DNA of 21,142 bases from Chthonomonadaceae bacterium (lineage in GTDB: Bacteria > Armatimonadota > Chthonomonadetes > Chthonomonadales > Chthonomonadaceae), in the NCBI GenBank assembly GCA_035295825.1, contig DATGIG010000080.1, positions 1 through 21,142 on the forward strand, written 5' to 3'. The position numbers and the translations under genes were made by a program. The first letter of the stretch is position 1, and every line of letters begins with the position of its first letter. Positions 1 through 8,822 of the stretch are shown one piece after another. The notes beneath the pieces were generated by a model that saw only the letters and a program-made list of their open reading frames with translations, had not been told where the DNA came from and did no database searches.

Positions 1-1235
1 AGGCCCGGCAGCGCCAGCCACTCCCTATCGGAGTTCTGAAGCACAAACATCACCTGGAAAATCGGGGAGTGGCTCAGGCTCCTCTCCGGCTGCAGCTCCT
101 CCACCAGCCTCTCAAAGGGCAGCGTCTGGTGCTCATACGCCCCCAGCGCCGTCTCTCGCACACGCCCCAGGAAGTCCAGGAAACTCGGCTCCCCCGATAG
201 GTTCACCCGCAGCGCCAGCGTATTGGTGAAGAACCCGATCAACCCCTCCAGTTCCGGGCGCGTTCGATTGGCAATCGGTGTGCCGATCACCATGTCCGTC
301 TGGTTGCTGTACCGGTAGAGGAGCGCCTGAAACGCGGCGAGCAGTACCATAAACGGGGTTGCATTCTGCCGTCTGCCGAGCGCGTTCAGGGCGGCGTCCA
401 GTTCCGGAGGAAGCATGCAATATCGGCGCGCGCCCAGATAACTCTGCGCTACGGGGCGCGGCCGATCTGTCGGCAACTCCAGCAGGGGGGGCGCACCGGC
501 AAGCCGCTCATGCCAGTAGGCGAGCTGGCGTTGCAGCGCGTCCTCTTCTTCCGAGCGATTGCGCTGCCATGCGGCGAAGTCGGCGTACTGAATGGGCAGC
601 GGCGACAAGGGGTTCGGTTCCCCCCTGTGGAAAGCCTCATAAAGTGCGCCTAACTCATGGATGATCCGTCCTCGGGACCATCCATCCGTCACGATATGGT
701 GCAGGATCAGCAGCAGGATGTGGTCTTCGGGGTTGAGGGAGAGGAGCGAGGCCCGGATCACAGGGCCTTCCGCCAGATCGAAGGGCAGCCTGGCCTCCTC
801 GAAAATCCGTCGTTCCGTCTCGCGCTCCTGCGCGTCAGGGGCAAGGTTCGAGAGATCTACCACCGGCAGCGAGAGGCCCCGTTCCGAATGAACCACCTGC
901 ACCGGCCTGCCATCCTTAGAGGGGAAGGAGGAGCACAGGATATGGTGTCTTGCAATAAGCGCATTCAGGCTCTTATGCAACGCCGGCAGATCCAGCATGC
1001 CGCGCAGTCGGAAGAGCATCGGAACATTGTAGACGGAGGTTCCGGGGTTCCAGCGGTCCAGAAACCAGATCCGCTCCTGGGCGAACGAGAGAGGGGCGGG
1101 GTCAGCGCTCTCCCGTGGTGGAATGGGAGTGAATTGACCGGATGTGGCGCGGCGGCCATTGAGAAGCGCTCGGGCAAGGGCCTGTCGCTTCTCCATGATA
1201 TTGCCTTGCGGAGTGCCGACATTGGTAGCTACCAT
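1..1235 (-). CDS. Non-ribosomal peptide synthetase, N-terminal part (condensation domain); the 3' end of the gene lies beyond the left edge of the window
   Basis: Reverse-strand translation from ATG (1235..1233) gives MVATNVGTPQGN...LSFAQERIWFLD (C1 motif SxAQxRxWxL), HHIVTDGWS (C3 HHxxxDG), LPTDRPRP, YEHQTLPFERLVEELQPERSLSHSPIFQVMFVLQN (C5 region). The frame is open to position 3. A GGGAGGAGAG Shine-Dalgarno lies 6-15 nt upstream (rc of 1241-1250). The + strand ORF 657..1262 is an antisense shadow. Confidence 0.85.
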   Translation of the reverse strand, partial: MVATNVGTPQGNIMEKRQALARALLNGRRATSGQFTPIPPRESADPAPLSFAQERIWFLDRWNPGTSVYNVPMLFRLRGMLDLPALHKSLNALIARHHILCSSFPSKDGRPVQVVHSERGLSLPVVDLSNLAPDAQERETERRIFEEARLPFDLAEGPVIRASLLSLNPEDHILLLILHHIVTDGWSRGRIIHELGALYEAFHRGEPNPLSPLPIQYADFAAWQRNRSEEEDALQRQLAYWHERLAGAPPLLELPTDRPRPVAQSYLGARRYCMLPPELDAALNALGRRQNATPFMVLLAAFQALLYRYSNQTDMVIGTPIANRTRPELEGLIGFFTNTLALRVNLSGEPSFLDFLGRVRETALGAYEHQTLPFERLVEELQPERSLSHSPIFQVMFVLQNSDREWLALPG

Positions 1236-1346
1236 AGCTCTCTTCTCTCCTCCCAAACGTAGACCGGGGGTCCCCAGGCACGCCATTGGTCCGAGTGGCT
1301 GGGACACTTCCAGGCCGTGAAATCAACCACGCTATTTGTCAATGAG

Positions 1347-1391
1347 CCGGATACCTATCCGGATACCTATATGGTAAACAGCGGGTATACC
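1347..1391. repeat. Perfect tandem 12-bp direct repeat CCGGATACCTAT x2 (1347-1358, 1359-1370) followed by palindrome GGTATACC (1384-1391), in the divergent NRPS / cytochrome-c intergenic region; candidate operator
   Basis: Read directly from the sequence. The ATACC/GGTAT half-site occurs three times within 45 bp. Confidence 0.35.
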
Positions 1392-1564
1392 TCAGAAATA
1401 CTTAGAGTTGCCTTAGAATTCCTGGCATGAGAACCCTTTAGCAGGCCAAACTCCTGAGGCAAGCTGTAGAGCGGGAGGGGGTCACCCAAAACCGTGCAAC
1501 AAAGGGAGAATCGTGCTATCATACTTAGAAGAGGCAAGACGGTAGGGTGAGGAGTGAGGGACGG

Positions 1565-4024
1565 ATGCAAAAGGTGCGACGAGAGAGCGTGGGGATCGTG
1601 CTGGGCGGCGCGCTGCTATGTGCGCTGGCCGGGTTTGCCGGAGGGCAGAACAAGCCCGCGCAACCGGAGACGGTGAGCTCGCAGGCTGCGGAGTTTTTTG
1701 AGAGCAAGGTGCGCCCGCTGCTGTTCGACAAGTGTTTTAGCTGTCATGGCGAAAAGATCCAGCAGGGCGGACTACGGTTGGATTCGCGGGATGCCATGCT
1801 CAAGGGCGGCGGGAGCGGCCCGGCGATGGTCGCCGGGGAGCCGGAGAAGAGCCGCCTGATTACCGCAGTACACTACGATACGGCCCTGAAGATGCCTCCG
1901 GGCGGGAAGCTGAAGGCGGACGAGATCGCCACGCTGACTGGTTGGGTCAAGATGGGCGCGCCCTGGCCCGGCGCCAAGCCGGCGGCGAAGGCCCCCACGG
2001 AGGAGAGCGCCATCGCTGAGGCGCAGCGCACGTTCTGGTCGTTCAAGCCGGTGAAGAAGGCCGCGCCGCCCACCGTCAAGAATAAGGCGTGGGGGAAGTC
2101 CCCCATCGATGCGTTCATTCTGGCGAAGCTGGAGGCGAAGGGCCTGCAGCCCGCACCCCCCGCCGACCGGCGCACCCTCATTCGCCGCGCCTACTTCGAC
2201 CTCATAGGCATGCCGCCGACGCCGGAAGAGGTGGACGCCTTTATCGCCGACAAGTCGCCGATCGCCTTCGCGACCGTGGTGGACAAACTGCTGGCGGACC
2301 CGCGCTACGGGGAGCGGTGGGGCCGGCACTGGCTCGACGTGGCCCGCTATGCAGACACCAAGGGCTATGTGTTCACCGAGGACGCGGTCTATCACAACGG
2401 CTATACCTATCGGGATTATGTTATCCGCGCCTTCAATGAGGACCTGCCCTACGATCAGTTTATCATCCAGCAGCTCGCCGCCGACCGCCTGTCGCTGGGC
2501 GACGACAAGCGCCCCCTGGCCGCACTGGGCTTCCTGAACATCGGGCGCCGCTTCCTCAACGATCCCGTTCTGATCAACGATGACCGCATCGACGTGACCA
2601 TGCGCGGAATGCAGGGCCTGACGGTTGCCTGCGCCCGCTGCCATAACCATAAGTTCGATCCGATCCCTTCGAAAGATTACTACTCGCTCTACGGTGTCTT
2701 CGCCAGCGCGGTCGAATCGAACCCGCCCGTGCCCATCTCGGCCAAGAATATCTCCGAGCCCTACGAGGCGCACAATTCCAAGGTGCTGGCGTTGGAAAAA
2801 GAGGGTACGGAACTCATCCAGGGGCAGATCACCCATATGCGCGGCATGGTCGAGAAAGACCCGAACGTGCTCTCCACGGAGGTGCGCGCGGTCCTGCAGA
2901 GCCTCCGCATCGGCCAGCAGCCCGACGAAGGGCAAATGAAGAAGTTGATGCCCGCCTTTGAGCCGGCGGCGCAGACCAGGCTCAAAGCGCTGCAGGGGAA
3001 CCTGACCGAACTAAAGCAGCATGTGCCGCCGACGCCGGAGTTCGCGCTGGCCTCCCAGGACACGCCCACGCCCTTCGATCCCTATGTCTTTCTGCGGGGC
3101 AACCCCGGCAACCATGGCGAGAGTGTGCCGCGCCGCTTCCTGGCCGTGCTGACCACCGGGGAGCGGAAACCCTTTCCCAATGGCGGCGGACGGCTGGACC
3201 TGGCGCAGGCCATCGCCAACAAGGACAACCCGCTCACAGCGCGGGTCTTCGTCAACCGGGTCTGGCTCTACCACTTCGGCAACGGTATCGTGCGCACTCC
3301 CTCCGACTTCGGCTTTCGGGGCGAACCGCCCACCCATCCCGAATTGCTGGACTGGCTGGCCGCGACGTTTATGGAGGAGAACTGGTCCATCAAGAAGCTG
3401 CAGAGGACTATCCTGCTATCCAGCACCTACCAGATGAGCAGCGACGTCAACCCCCACGCCTTCGCGCTCGATCCGGAGAACCGGCTGCTGGCGCACCAGA
3501 ACCGGCAGCGCCTGGATCTGGAGTCCCTGCGCGACTCCGTGCTCTATGTCGCCGGGCGGCTGGATACGAAGCTCGGCGGCCCCTCGGTCGAGTTGACCAC
3601 CGCGCCCTTCTCCACCCGCCGCACCGTCTACGGCTTTATCGATCGCCAGAACCTGCAGGGCATGTACCGCACCTTCGACCTCGCCAGCCCGGACACCAGC
3701 AGCGCCCAGCGCTTCCGCACCACCGTGCCGCAGCAGAGCCTCTTTATGATGAACAGCCCGTTTGTCGTGGAGCAGGCCCGTGCGCTGGCGAAACGCCCTG
3801 AGATCGCCTCGCAGACGGACGAAACGGCCCGGATACGAGCGCTCTACCGCCTGCTGTTCGACCGCACGCCCGAACCGGATGAGATCACCTTCGCCCGCCA
3901 TTTCCTGCGCGGCGTCGAAGAGGTGCACCCGGCCAACGCCCAGGCGACGTCCAAACTGCTCACCCCCTGGGAGGAGTACGTGCAGACGCTGCTGATGACC
4001 AACGAATTCGCCTTTGCGGATTAA
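1565..4024 (+). CDS. Secreted cytochrome-c domain protein with PSCyt1 (Planctomycete cytochrome C), PSCyt2 (DUF1549) and PSD1 (DUF1553) domains
   Basis: CFSCHG heme-binding CxxCH motif in the EFFESKVRPLLFDKCFSCHG...GGLRLDS...MPPGGKL region. DUF1549-like WGKSPIDAFILAKLEAKGLQPAPPADRRTLIRRAYFDLIGMPPTPEEVDAFIAD...YGERWGRHWLDVARYADTKGY. DUF1553-like C-terminus TRRTVYGFIDRQNL...FD..SPD....R..TTVPQQSLFMMNS. N-terminal signal peptide. The ATG at 1565 is preceded by GGAGTGAGGG; an in-frame GTG at 1547 is an alternative start. Confidence 0.85.
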   Translation: MQKVRRESVGIVLGGALLCALAGFAGGQNKPAQPETVSSQAAEFFESKVRPLLFDKCFSCHGEKIQQGGLRLDSRDAMLKGGGSGPAMVAGEPEKSRLITAVHYDTALKMPPGGKLKADEIATLTGWVKMGAPWPGAKPAAKAPTEESAIAEAQRTFWSFKPVKKAAPPTVKNKAWGKSPIDAFILAKLEAKGLQPAPPADRRTLIRRAYFDLIGMPPTPEEVDAFIADKSPIAFATVVDKLLADPRYGERWGRHWLDVARYADTKGYVFTEDAVYHNGYTYRDYVIRAFNEDLPYDQFIIQQLAADRLSLGDDKRPLAALGFLNIGRRFLNDPVLINDDRIDVTMRGMQGLTVACARCHNHKFDPIPSKDYYSLYGVFASAVESNPPVPISAKNISEPYEAHNSKVLALEKEGTELIQGQITHMRGMVEKDPNVLSTEVRAVLQSLRIGQQPDEGQMKKLMPAFEPAAQTRLKALQGNLTELKQHVPPTPEFALASQDTPTPFDPYVFLRGNPGNHGESVPRRFLAVLTTGERKPFPNGGGRLDLAQAIANKDNPLTARVFVNRVWLYHFGNGIVRTPSDFGFRGEPPTHPELLDWLAATFMEENWSIKKLQRTILLSSTYQMSSDVNPHAFALDPENRLLAHQNRQRLDLESLRDSVLYVAGRLDTKLGGPSVELTTAPFSTRRTVYGFIDRQNLQGMYRTFDLASPDTSSAQRFRTTVPQQSLFMMNSPFVVEQARALAKRPEIASQTDETARIRALYRLLFDRTPEPDEITFARHFLRGVEEVHPANAQATSKLLTPWEEYVQTLLMTNEFAFAD

Positions 4025-4230
4025 AGGGTGTGATGCGTTCGCCTTTGTGAAGGGATGGCTTGCGGTTTGGGCGAATCTATGCTAAACTTCTCTACGGTCG
4101 CATAGAGGCCCATTGCCTGCTTGCGCAGGCATGGCGTCGTCTATTTCCGGCAGGAGTTCGATGTGATGGAACTACGGCAAGGGCGCCGAAGTAGAAACCA
4201 CAAAGACTACAATTGAAGAGACGCCCGAAC

Positions 4231-5016
4231 GTGTTCAGCCGACTTCGTGAAGATATAGATACCGTGCTCGCCAAGGACCCGGCAGCGCGCAGCCGTTGGG
4301 AGGCCCTCACCTATCCCGGCATCCACGCGCTCTGGTTGCACTATGTCGCCCACTGGTTCTGGCTGCATCGGTGCAAATTGCTGGCGCGGATCATCTCGCA
4401 GTTCAGCCGGTTCCTGACGGGCATCGAGATCCACCCCGGCGCCACCATCGGACGCCGCTTCTTTATCGATCACGGCAACGGGGTCGTGATCGGCGAGACC
4501 ACCATTATCGGCGACGATGTGCTGCTGTACCACCAGGTGACCCTCGGAGGGACCAGCCTGGATAAGGTGAAGCGCCACCCGACGCTGGGCAACGGCGTCC
4601 TGGTGGGTATGGGCGCGAAGATACTAGGCCCCATCACCATCGGGGACTACTGTAAGATCGGTGCGAACGCCGTCGTCAATAAGGACATCCCTGCCGACTG
4701 TACCGTCGTCGGCATTCCGGGCCGCATCGTGCGCCGCAACGGCGAACGCTTCGAGGATGGCGGCGCTCAGGTCATGGACAACGTCATCAACCGTGTGGAT
4801 CCCCAGGATATTACCATCCGTGAAATGCGCCAGCGCCTGGAACTGCTGGAGCAGCACAATGAAAAATTGGAGCAACTGATCCAGCGCCTGGAGGAGCATG
4901 AAGGGCTGCACCATCGGAGCGAGAATGCGGAGTGGGACGCTCCCCTGCCGCAACATACGCCGCATGCCCTCGACGACGATTTCGTGGAGAACGATTACGA
5001 TAACCCGCCCGTATAG
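4231..5016 (+). CDS. cysE: Serine O-acetyltransferase (short, Bacillus-type CysE) with a C-terminal extension of about 60 aa
   Basis: [21 protein letters not shown]...[44 protein letters not shown]...[44 protein letters not shown], a left-handed beta-helix hexapeptide acyltransferase and near-colinear with B. subtilis CysE (MFFRMLKEDIDTV...). The start is taken as GTG 4231 (gives [20 protein letters not shown]); the ORF is also open from TTG 4213. Confidence 0.85.
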   Translation: MFSRLREDIDTVLAKDPAARSRWEALTYPGIHALWLHYVAHWFWLHRCKLLARIISQFSRFLTGIEIHPGATIGRRFFIDHGNGVVIGETTIIGDDVLLYHQVTLGGTSLDKVKRHPTLGNGVLVGMGAKILGPITIGDYCKIGANAVVNKDIPADCTVVGIPGRIVRRNGERFEDGGAQVMDNVINRVDPQDITIREMRQRLELLEQHNEKLEQLIQRLEEHEGLHHRSENAEWDAPLPQHTPHALDDDFVENDYDNPPV

Positions 5017-5090
5017 GTTCCGGGCCGACGGCCGCGCTCCTTCCCGTAGCGTCCCTTGCTGCCGACGACCGAAATGAGGTAGCCATCCCC

Positions 5091-6689
5091 GTGTCCGCAA
5101 CACGCTCCATTCCCCGTACCGCCCGGCGTCTTTCGCCGGGCCGAATGCTTATGATAATTCCGTGTGTGCTGGTCGCCATCGGCGCTGCCGTTCTCGGCAT
5201 GGTTGCCCATGTGCCGGACAACCAGATCGCGCCCGGCGTCCATGTCGGTGGGCTCAACCTGGGCGGCAAAAATCAGGAGGACGCCCGCACCGCCCTGCAG
5301 CAGTGGGCCGACACCCAGCAGGCACGCTATCTGCTCCTCCACTTTGCCCCGGAGACCGGGATCACACGCGAATGGAAGGCGCAGGCCCAGAAGATCGGAC
5401 TGAGCATCGATGTGACGGCCACGCTGGAGAAGGCTCTCAAAGAGGGACGGGATAATATCCTCGGTCAGGTGGCAAATGTGGTGGGAGGGAACCGGGCCAT
5501 GCATCCGGTCGCGCCTATCCTGGCGGTGGACGACGCCAAGCTCCGCGCCTATCTCAAAGAGGTCGCCCAGGGCGTCAACCGCAAGGCCAAAAACGCCTGG
5601 CTGGAGCCGATGGATGGGGGCGGCTTCGGCACCCACCATGAGGCGCCCGGCGTCGAACTCGATATGGACGCTTCGGTAAAAGCGGTCGCCCAGACCTGGC
5701 AGGACCTGTACAAAGAAGGGGAGAAAGGGAGTAAGGGGGACGGGGAGAAGGCCGCCCCGCCCGCAACGAACCCGGATAAGACGCCTGCCGATGCGCAGGC
5801 ATCGCCGACGGAGGAGAGCCTGCCTGAAGCGATGCTGTCCGTCAAGGCGGCGGTTCCCGAAATCACGTCTGCCGACCTGGATCAGATCCATGATATGCTG
5901 GCCGAGTTCCAGACCTACTTCGGCAGCAGCTCCGCAAACCGGCGCTCCAATATCGCCCTCGCCGCTCGCAAGATCAACGGCACCCTGCTAAAGCCGGGCG
6001 ATATCTTCTCCTACAACAGAGTGGTCGGCCCGCGCGATGAGGACGCCGGGTTCAAAGAGGCGCCGACCTATGTTCAGGGCAAACACGTTCCCGGTACGGG
6101 CGGCGGCGTCTGCCAGGTCTCCAGCACCCTCTTCAATACTGCCTGGACCGCAGGTCTCAAGATCGTCCGGCGGCAGAACCACTCCATGCCCGTCGGCTAT
6201 CTCAGCCATGGGCGCGACGCCACCGCCGTCTACGGCGCCATTGATATGCAGTTCCAGAACGACACGGAGACGCCGATCTATATCGGCGCGACTGCCAAGG
6301 GTGGGGTGCTCCACTTCTCCATCTGGGGCAAGAAGACGCCGGGCCGAGAGGTGATCCTGCAGAAGGGCAGCGAATCGGTGGTCTCCCCGCCGGTGGAGAC
6401 GCACAGCGATCCCAGGCTGCCCGCCGGCAGACGGCGCGTGGAGGAGAAGGGCAGTCCCGGCATCAGCGTGACCTGGTACCGTATCATCAAGGAGGATGGC
6501 AAGGTCGTCAAGAAGGAGACCTACCATTCGCACTATACGGCATTCCCTGCCATCGTGACCGTCGGCACCGGCGCTCCCAGATTGGCCCCCGCGAAGGCAG
6601 GAACGTCCGCCCCGCCTGCAACTCCCACCGGCGCAACGCCCGGCCCCACAGGAGCGACGCCTGGCGGAGTTGCCCCTCCCGGACACTGA
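5091..6689 (+). CDS. VanW-family protein (membrane-anchored, VanW domain, Pro/Thr/Ala-rich C-terminal tail)
   Basis: LKPGDIFSYNRVVGPRDEDAGFKEAPTYVQGKHVPGTGGGVCQVSSTLFNTAWTAGLKIV is the VanW (PF04294) signature. N-terminal TM helix MLMIIPCVLVAIGAAVLGMV. GTG start at 5091 with GAGGTAG RBS; ATG 5148 is an alternative. Low-complexity tail GATPGPTGATPGGVAPPGH. Confidence 0.8.
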   Translation: MSATRSIPRTARRLSPGRMLMIIPCVLVAIGAAVLGMVAHVPDNQIAPGVHVGGLNLGGKNQEDARTALQQWADTQQARYLLLHFAPETGITREWKAQAQKIGLSIDVTATLEKALKEGRDNILGQVANVVGGNRAMHPVAPILAVDDAKLRAYLKEVAQGVNRKAKNAWLEPMDGGGFGTHHEAPGVELDMDASVKAVAQTWQDLYKEGEKGSKGDGEKAAPPATNPDKTPADAQASPTEESLPEAMLSVKAAVPEITSADLDQIHDMLAEFQTYFGSSSANRRSNIALAARKINGTLLKPGDIFSYNRVVGPRDEDAGFKEAPTYVQGKHVPGTGGGVCQVSSTLFNTAWTAGLKIVRRQNHSMPVGYLSHGRDATAVYGAIDMQFQNDTETPIYIGATAKGGVLHFSIWGKKTPGREVILQKGSESVVSPPVETHSDPRLPAGRRRVEEKGSPGISVTWYRIIKEDGKVVKKETYHSHYTAFPAIVTVGTGAPRLAPAKAGTSAPPATPTGATPGPTGATPGGVAPPGH

Positions 6690-6695
6690 ATTGGT

Positions 6696-6718
6696 CCCTC
6701 TCCCGCAAGGGGAGAGGG
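6696..6718 (+). terminator. GC-rich hairpin (CCCTCTCCC-gcaag-GGGAGAGGG) immediately after the vanW-like stop codon; possible terminator or attenuator without a U-tract
   Basis: 9-bp perfect stem read from the sequence. No T-run follows, so termination efficiency is uncertain. Confidence 0.3.
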
Positions 6719-6738
6719 GTTGGGGGTGAGGGTGCGCC

Positions 6739-7728
6739 ATGCAGAACCTCTGGCGGAATGCGGGAGCCTACATCGCTCTTGGCATCGTCTTTCTCATCTT
6801 TGCTCTGCTGGAACCCCGGTTCTGGCAGCCCTCCAATCTGCTCAATGTCCTGGATCAGTCGGTCGAGATCGCCGTGGTGGCGGTAGGCATGACCGCCGTC
6901 ATCCTGATGGGGGGCATCGATCTTTCCGTCGGCAGCGTCGCCGCCCTGGCGCCCTTTCTGGCCGCGCTCGTGATGACGACCTCGCCCCATGCGCTCGGCG
7001 GTTTTGCCGGAATGACCGGTTGCGGCCTGCTCGTTGCGCTGGGCGTGGGCGTGCTGGTCGGAGCCATCAACGGCCTGACGATCACCAAGACCTTCCTGCC
7101 CCCCTTTATCGCTACGCTGGGCATGATGAGCATCGTGCGCGGCCTGGCCTATGTCTTCTCGAACGGGACCAGTATCAGCGAGGGCATCCCGGAGGGATTT
7201 CAGTTCACGGGGAAGAATCTGGTATCGGTCCCGGTCGGGCATAACCTCTCCGCCAACCTCACCTGGGCCGTGGTGGTGATGGCGGTGGTCTTTGTGGCGG
7301 GGCATCTCCTTCTCTCCCGCAGCAGCGTCGGCAGAGCCATCTACGCCATCGGCGGGAATGAGACGGCGGCCCGCCTCTCCGGAATCTCGGTAGATCGGGT
7401 CAAAATCGGCGTCTATATCGTTGCCGGGGTGCTGGCGGCGTTCGGAGGCATCATCGAGACGGCCACGGTCGGCACGGCGGCCCCGCAGGCGGCGGTGGAC
7501 CTGGAACTGAACGCGATTGCCGCCGTCGTCATCGGCGGGACCAGCCTCACCGGTGGGCGCGGCAGCCTGATCGGCACGTTCGCCGGGGCACTGCTGATGC
7601 GCATGGTCAGCAATGGCCTGACCCTGCACCAGGTGAACTCGAACTGGCAGCGCGTGGCGATCGGCACGATCATCATGGTCGCGGTCGCTTTCGACGAAAT
7701 TCAAAAAAGGAGGACACGCAAGATATGA
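6739..7728 (+). CDS. ABC transporter permease, monosaccharide (ribose/xylose RbsC-like) family
   Basis: Polytopic membrane protein with GIDLSVGSVAAL and IGGTSLTGGRGSLIGTFAGALLM motifs typical of RbsC/AraH-type permeases. ATG at 6739 preceded by GGGGGTGAGGGTG. Confidence 0.85.
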   Translation: MQNLWRNAGAYIALGIVFLIFALLEPRFWQPSNLLNVLDQSVEIAVVAVGMTAVILMGGIDLSVGSVAALAPFLAALVMTTSPHALGGFAGMTGCGLLVALGVGVLVGAINGLTITKTFLPPFIATLGMMSIVRGLAYVFSNGTSISEGIPEGFQFTGKNLVSVPVGHNLSANLTWAVVVMAVVFVAGHLLLSRSSVGRAIYAIGGNETAARLSGISVDRVKIGVYIVAGVLAAFGGIIETATVGTAAPQAAVDLELNAIAAVVIGGTSLTGGRGSLIGTFAGALLMRMVSNGLTLHQVNSNWQRVAIGTIIMVAVAFDEIQKRRTRKI

Positions 7729-8822
7729 CACTCTTCTCTCGACGTTCCAGCGCAGGAGCGTCGTTCGGCCTCGCCCTGCTGGCCGGGCTGCTCGGCCTGT
7801 TGGTCCTGACAGGCTGCGATAGCAAGACGGAGGATAAGGGCGCGGAGGCGCCTCCTAAGACAGCAGAAGGCGATGCTAAGAGCAATCCCAAATCGTCCGC
7901 GCCGGAGTTGAATACCACCAGCACCGGCAAGAAGACGGTCGCCATTATCTCCCCTGCCAAGACCAGCGAGTTCCACAATGAGCTGCCCAAGGGGGCGGCG
8001 GAGGAGGCGAAGGCTGTGGGCTGGAACCCCATTATCGACCAGGCGCCCTCGAAAGAGGATGATTACGCCGGTCAGGTCGCGCTGGCGCAGAACATTGTCC
8101 AGCAGCACCCCGACGCCATCAGCGTGTGCGGCATCAACCCCCAGGCGCTCAACACCATCATCAAGAAGGCGAACGAGGCCAAGATCCCCATCTTCGTCCA
8201 CAACCAGATCACCAAGACCGAGGGCGACGTGGTCGCCTACATCGGTTACGATGAGCGCGAGGGCGGTAAGCTGTGCGGGCAGCAGATCGCGGAGCTTCTG
8301 AAGCAGAAGAACAGCGACTACAAGGGCAAAGTCGCCATTCTGGACGGCGAACCCGGCGACCACACCAACGAGCGGGCGGGCGGCTTTAAGGATGCCCTGA
8401 AGAAGTATCCCAATATCCAGATCGTCGCCGAACAGAACGGGAAGTGGGACCGCGCCGAGGGCAACAAGATCACCAAAGACTGGCTGCAAAAATATCCCGA
8501 CCTCGATGTGGTGTTCGGCTGCAGCGATGCGATGGCCCAGGGCGCGAGCAAGGCGGGCGCAGACGCACAGCATAAGCTCATCACCATCGGCATCGACGGC
8601 AACAGCACCGCCCTGCTGGATGTGGACGCAGGCAAATTGACCGCGACCCTGGCGGTACAGCCCAGGGCCATCGGGAAGAAGATCATCGACACCATGCAGG
8701 ACTACTTCGCCGACCCCAGCAAGGTTCCGGCGGGGACGGTCATCAAGACGGATATGAAAATTGTAACGAAGGAGAACGTACGCGATTTTGCGAACGAGAG
8801 CAAGAAAGGGAACGACCAATGA
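7725..8822 (+). CDS. Sugar ABC transporter substrate-binding lipoprotein (periplasmic binding protein type 1, RbsB-like)
   Basis: Lipoprotein signal with lipobox LLVLTGC. Body matches ribose/galactose-binding proteins (KKTVAIISPAKTSEFHNEL...IPIFVHNQ...GYDEREGGKLCGQQIAE...KVAILDGEPGDHTNERAGGFKDAL...). The ATG overlaps the permease stop (ATGA) and GGAGG sits at 7709-7713. Confidence 0.85.
   Translation: MTLFSRRSSAGASFGLALLAGLLGLLVLTGCDSKTEDKGAEAPPKTAEGDAKSNPKSSAPELNTTSTGKKTVAIISPAKTSEFHNELPKGAAEEAKAVGWNPIIDQAPSKEDDYAGQVALAQNIVQQHPDAISVCGINPQALNTIIKKANEAKIPIFVHNQITKTEGDVVAYIGYDEREGGKLCGQQIAELLKQKNSDYKGKVAILDGEPGDHTNERAGGFKDALKKYPNIQIVAEQNGKWDRAEGNKITKDWLQKYPDLDVVFGCSDAMAQGASKAGADAQHKLITIGIDGNSTALLDVDAGKLTATLAVQPRAIGKKIIDTMQDYFADPSKVPAGTVIKTDMKIVTKENVRDFANESKKGNDQ

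Noticed and set aside
657-1262. + strand 201-aa ORF at the left end of the window
   Set aside because: The opposite strand in the same region translates into a clear NRPS condensation domain with C1/C3/C5 motifs and a strong GGAGG RBS, so the + strand ORF is a shadow.
1772-2935. Long antisense ORFs (1772..2935-, 4995..5891-, 5988..6740-, 6508..7731-, 7701..8849-, 9182..10033-, 17967..19997-, 18368..19156-) and many 60-120-aa ORFs rich in R/P/A/G
   Set aside because: High-GC shadow ORFs. Each lies opposite a + strand gene whose translation shows clear family motifs, and the antisense translations are low-complexity Arg/Pro/Gly-rich with no recognisable domains.
4025-4230. Possible T-box or riboswitch leader upstream of cysE (as in the Bacillus gltX-cysE-cysS operon)
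   Set aside because: No T-box consensus (AATTAGGGTGGTACCGCG-like) or specifier/antiterminator architecture was found by eye. Only short hairpins (GCCTGC-ttgc-GCAGGC at 4115-4130) are present.
6696-6718. Hairpin after the vanW-like gene as a rho-independent terminator
   Set aside because: Kept only as a low-confidence feature. The stem is strong but no U-tract follows and the next gene starts 20 nt later, so it may be an attenuator or mRNA-stability element rather than a terminator.
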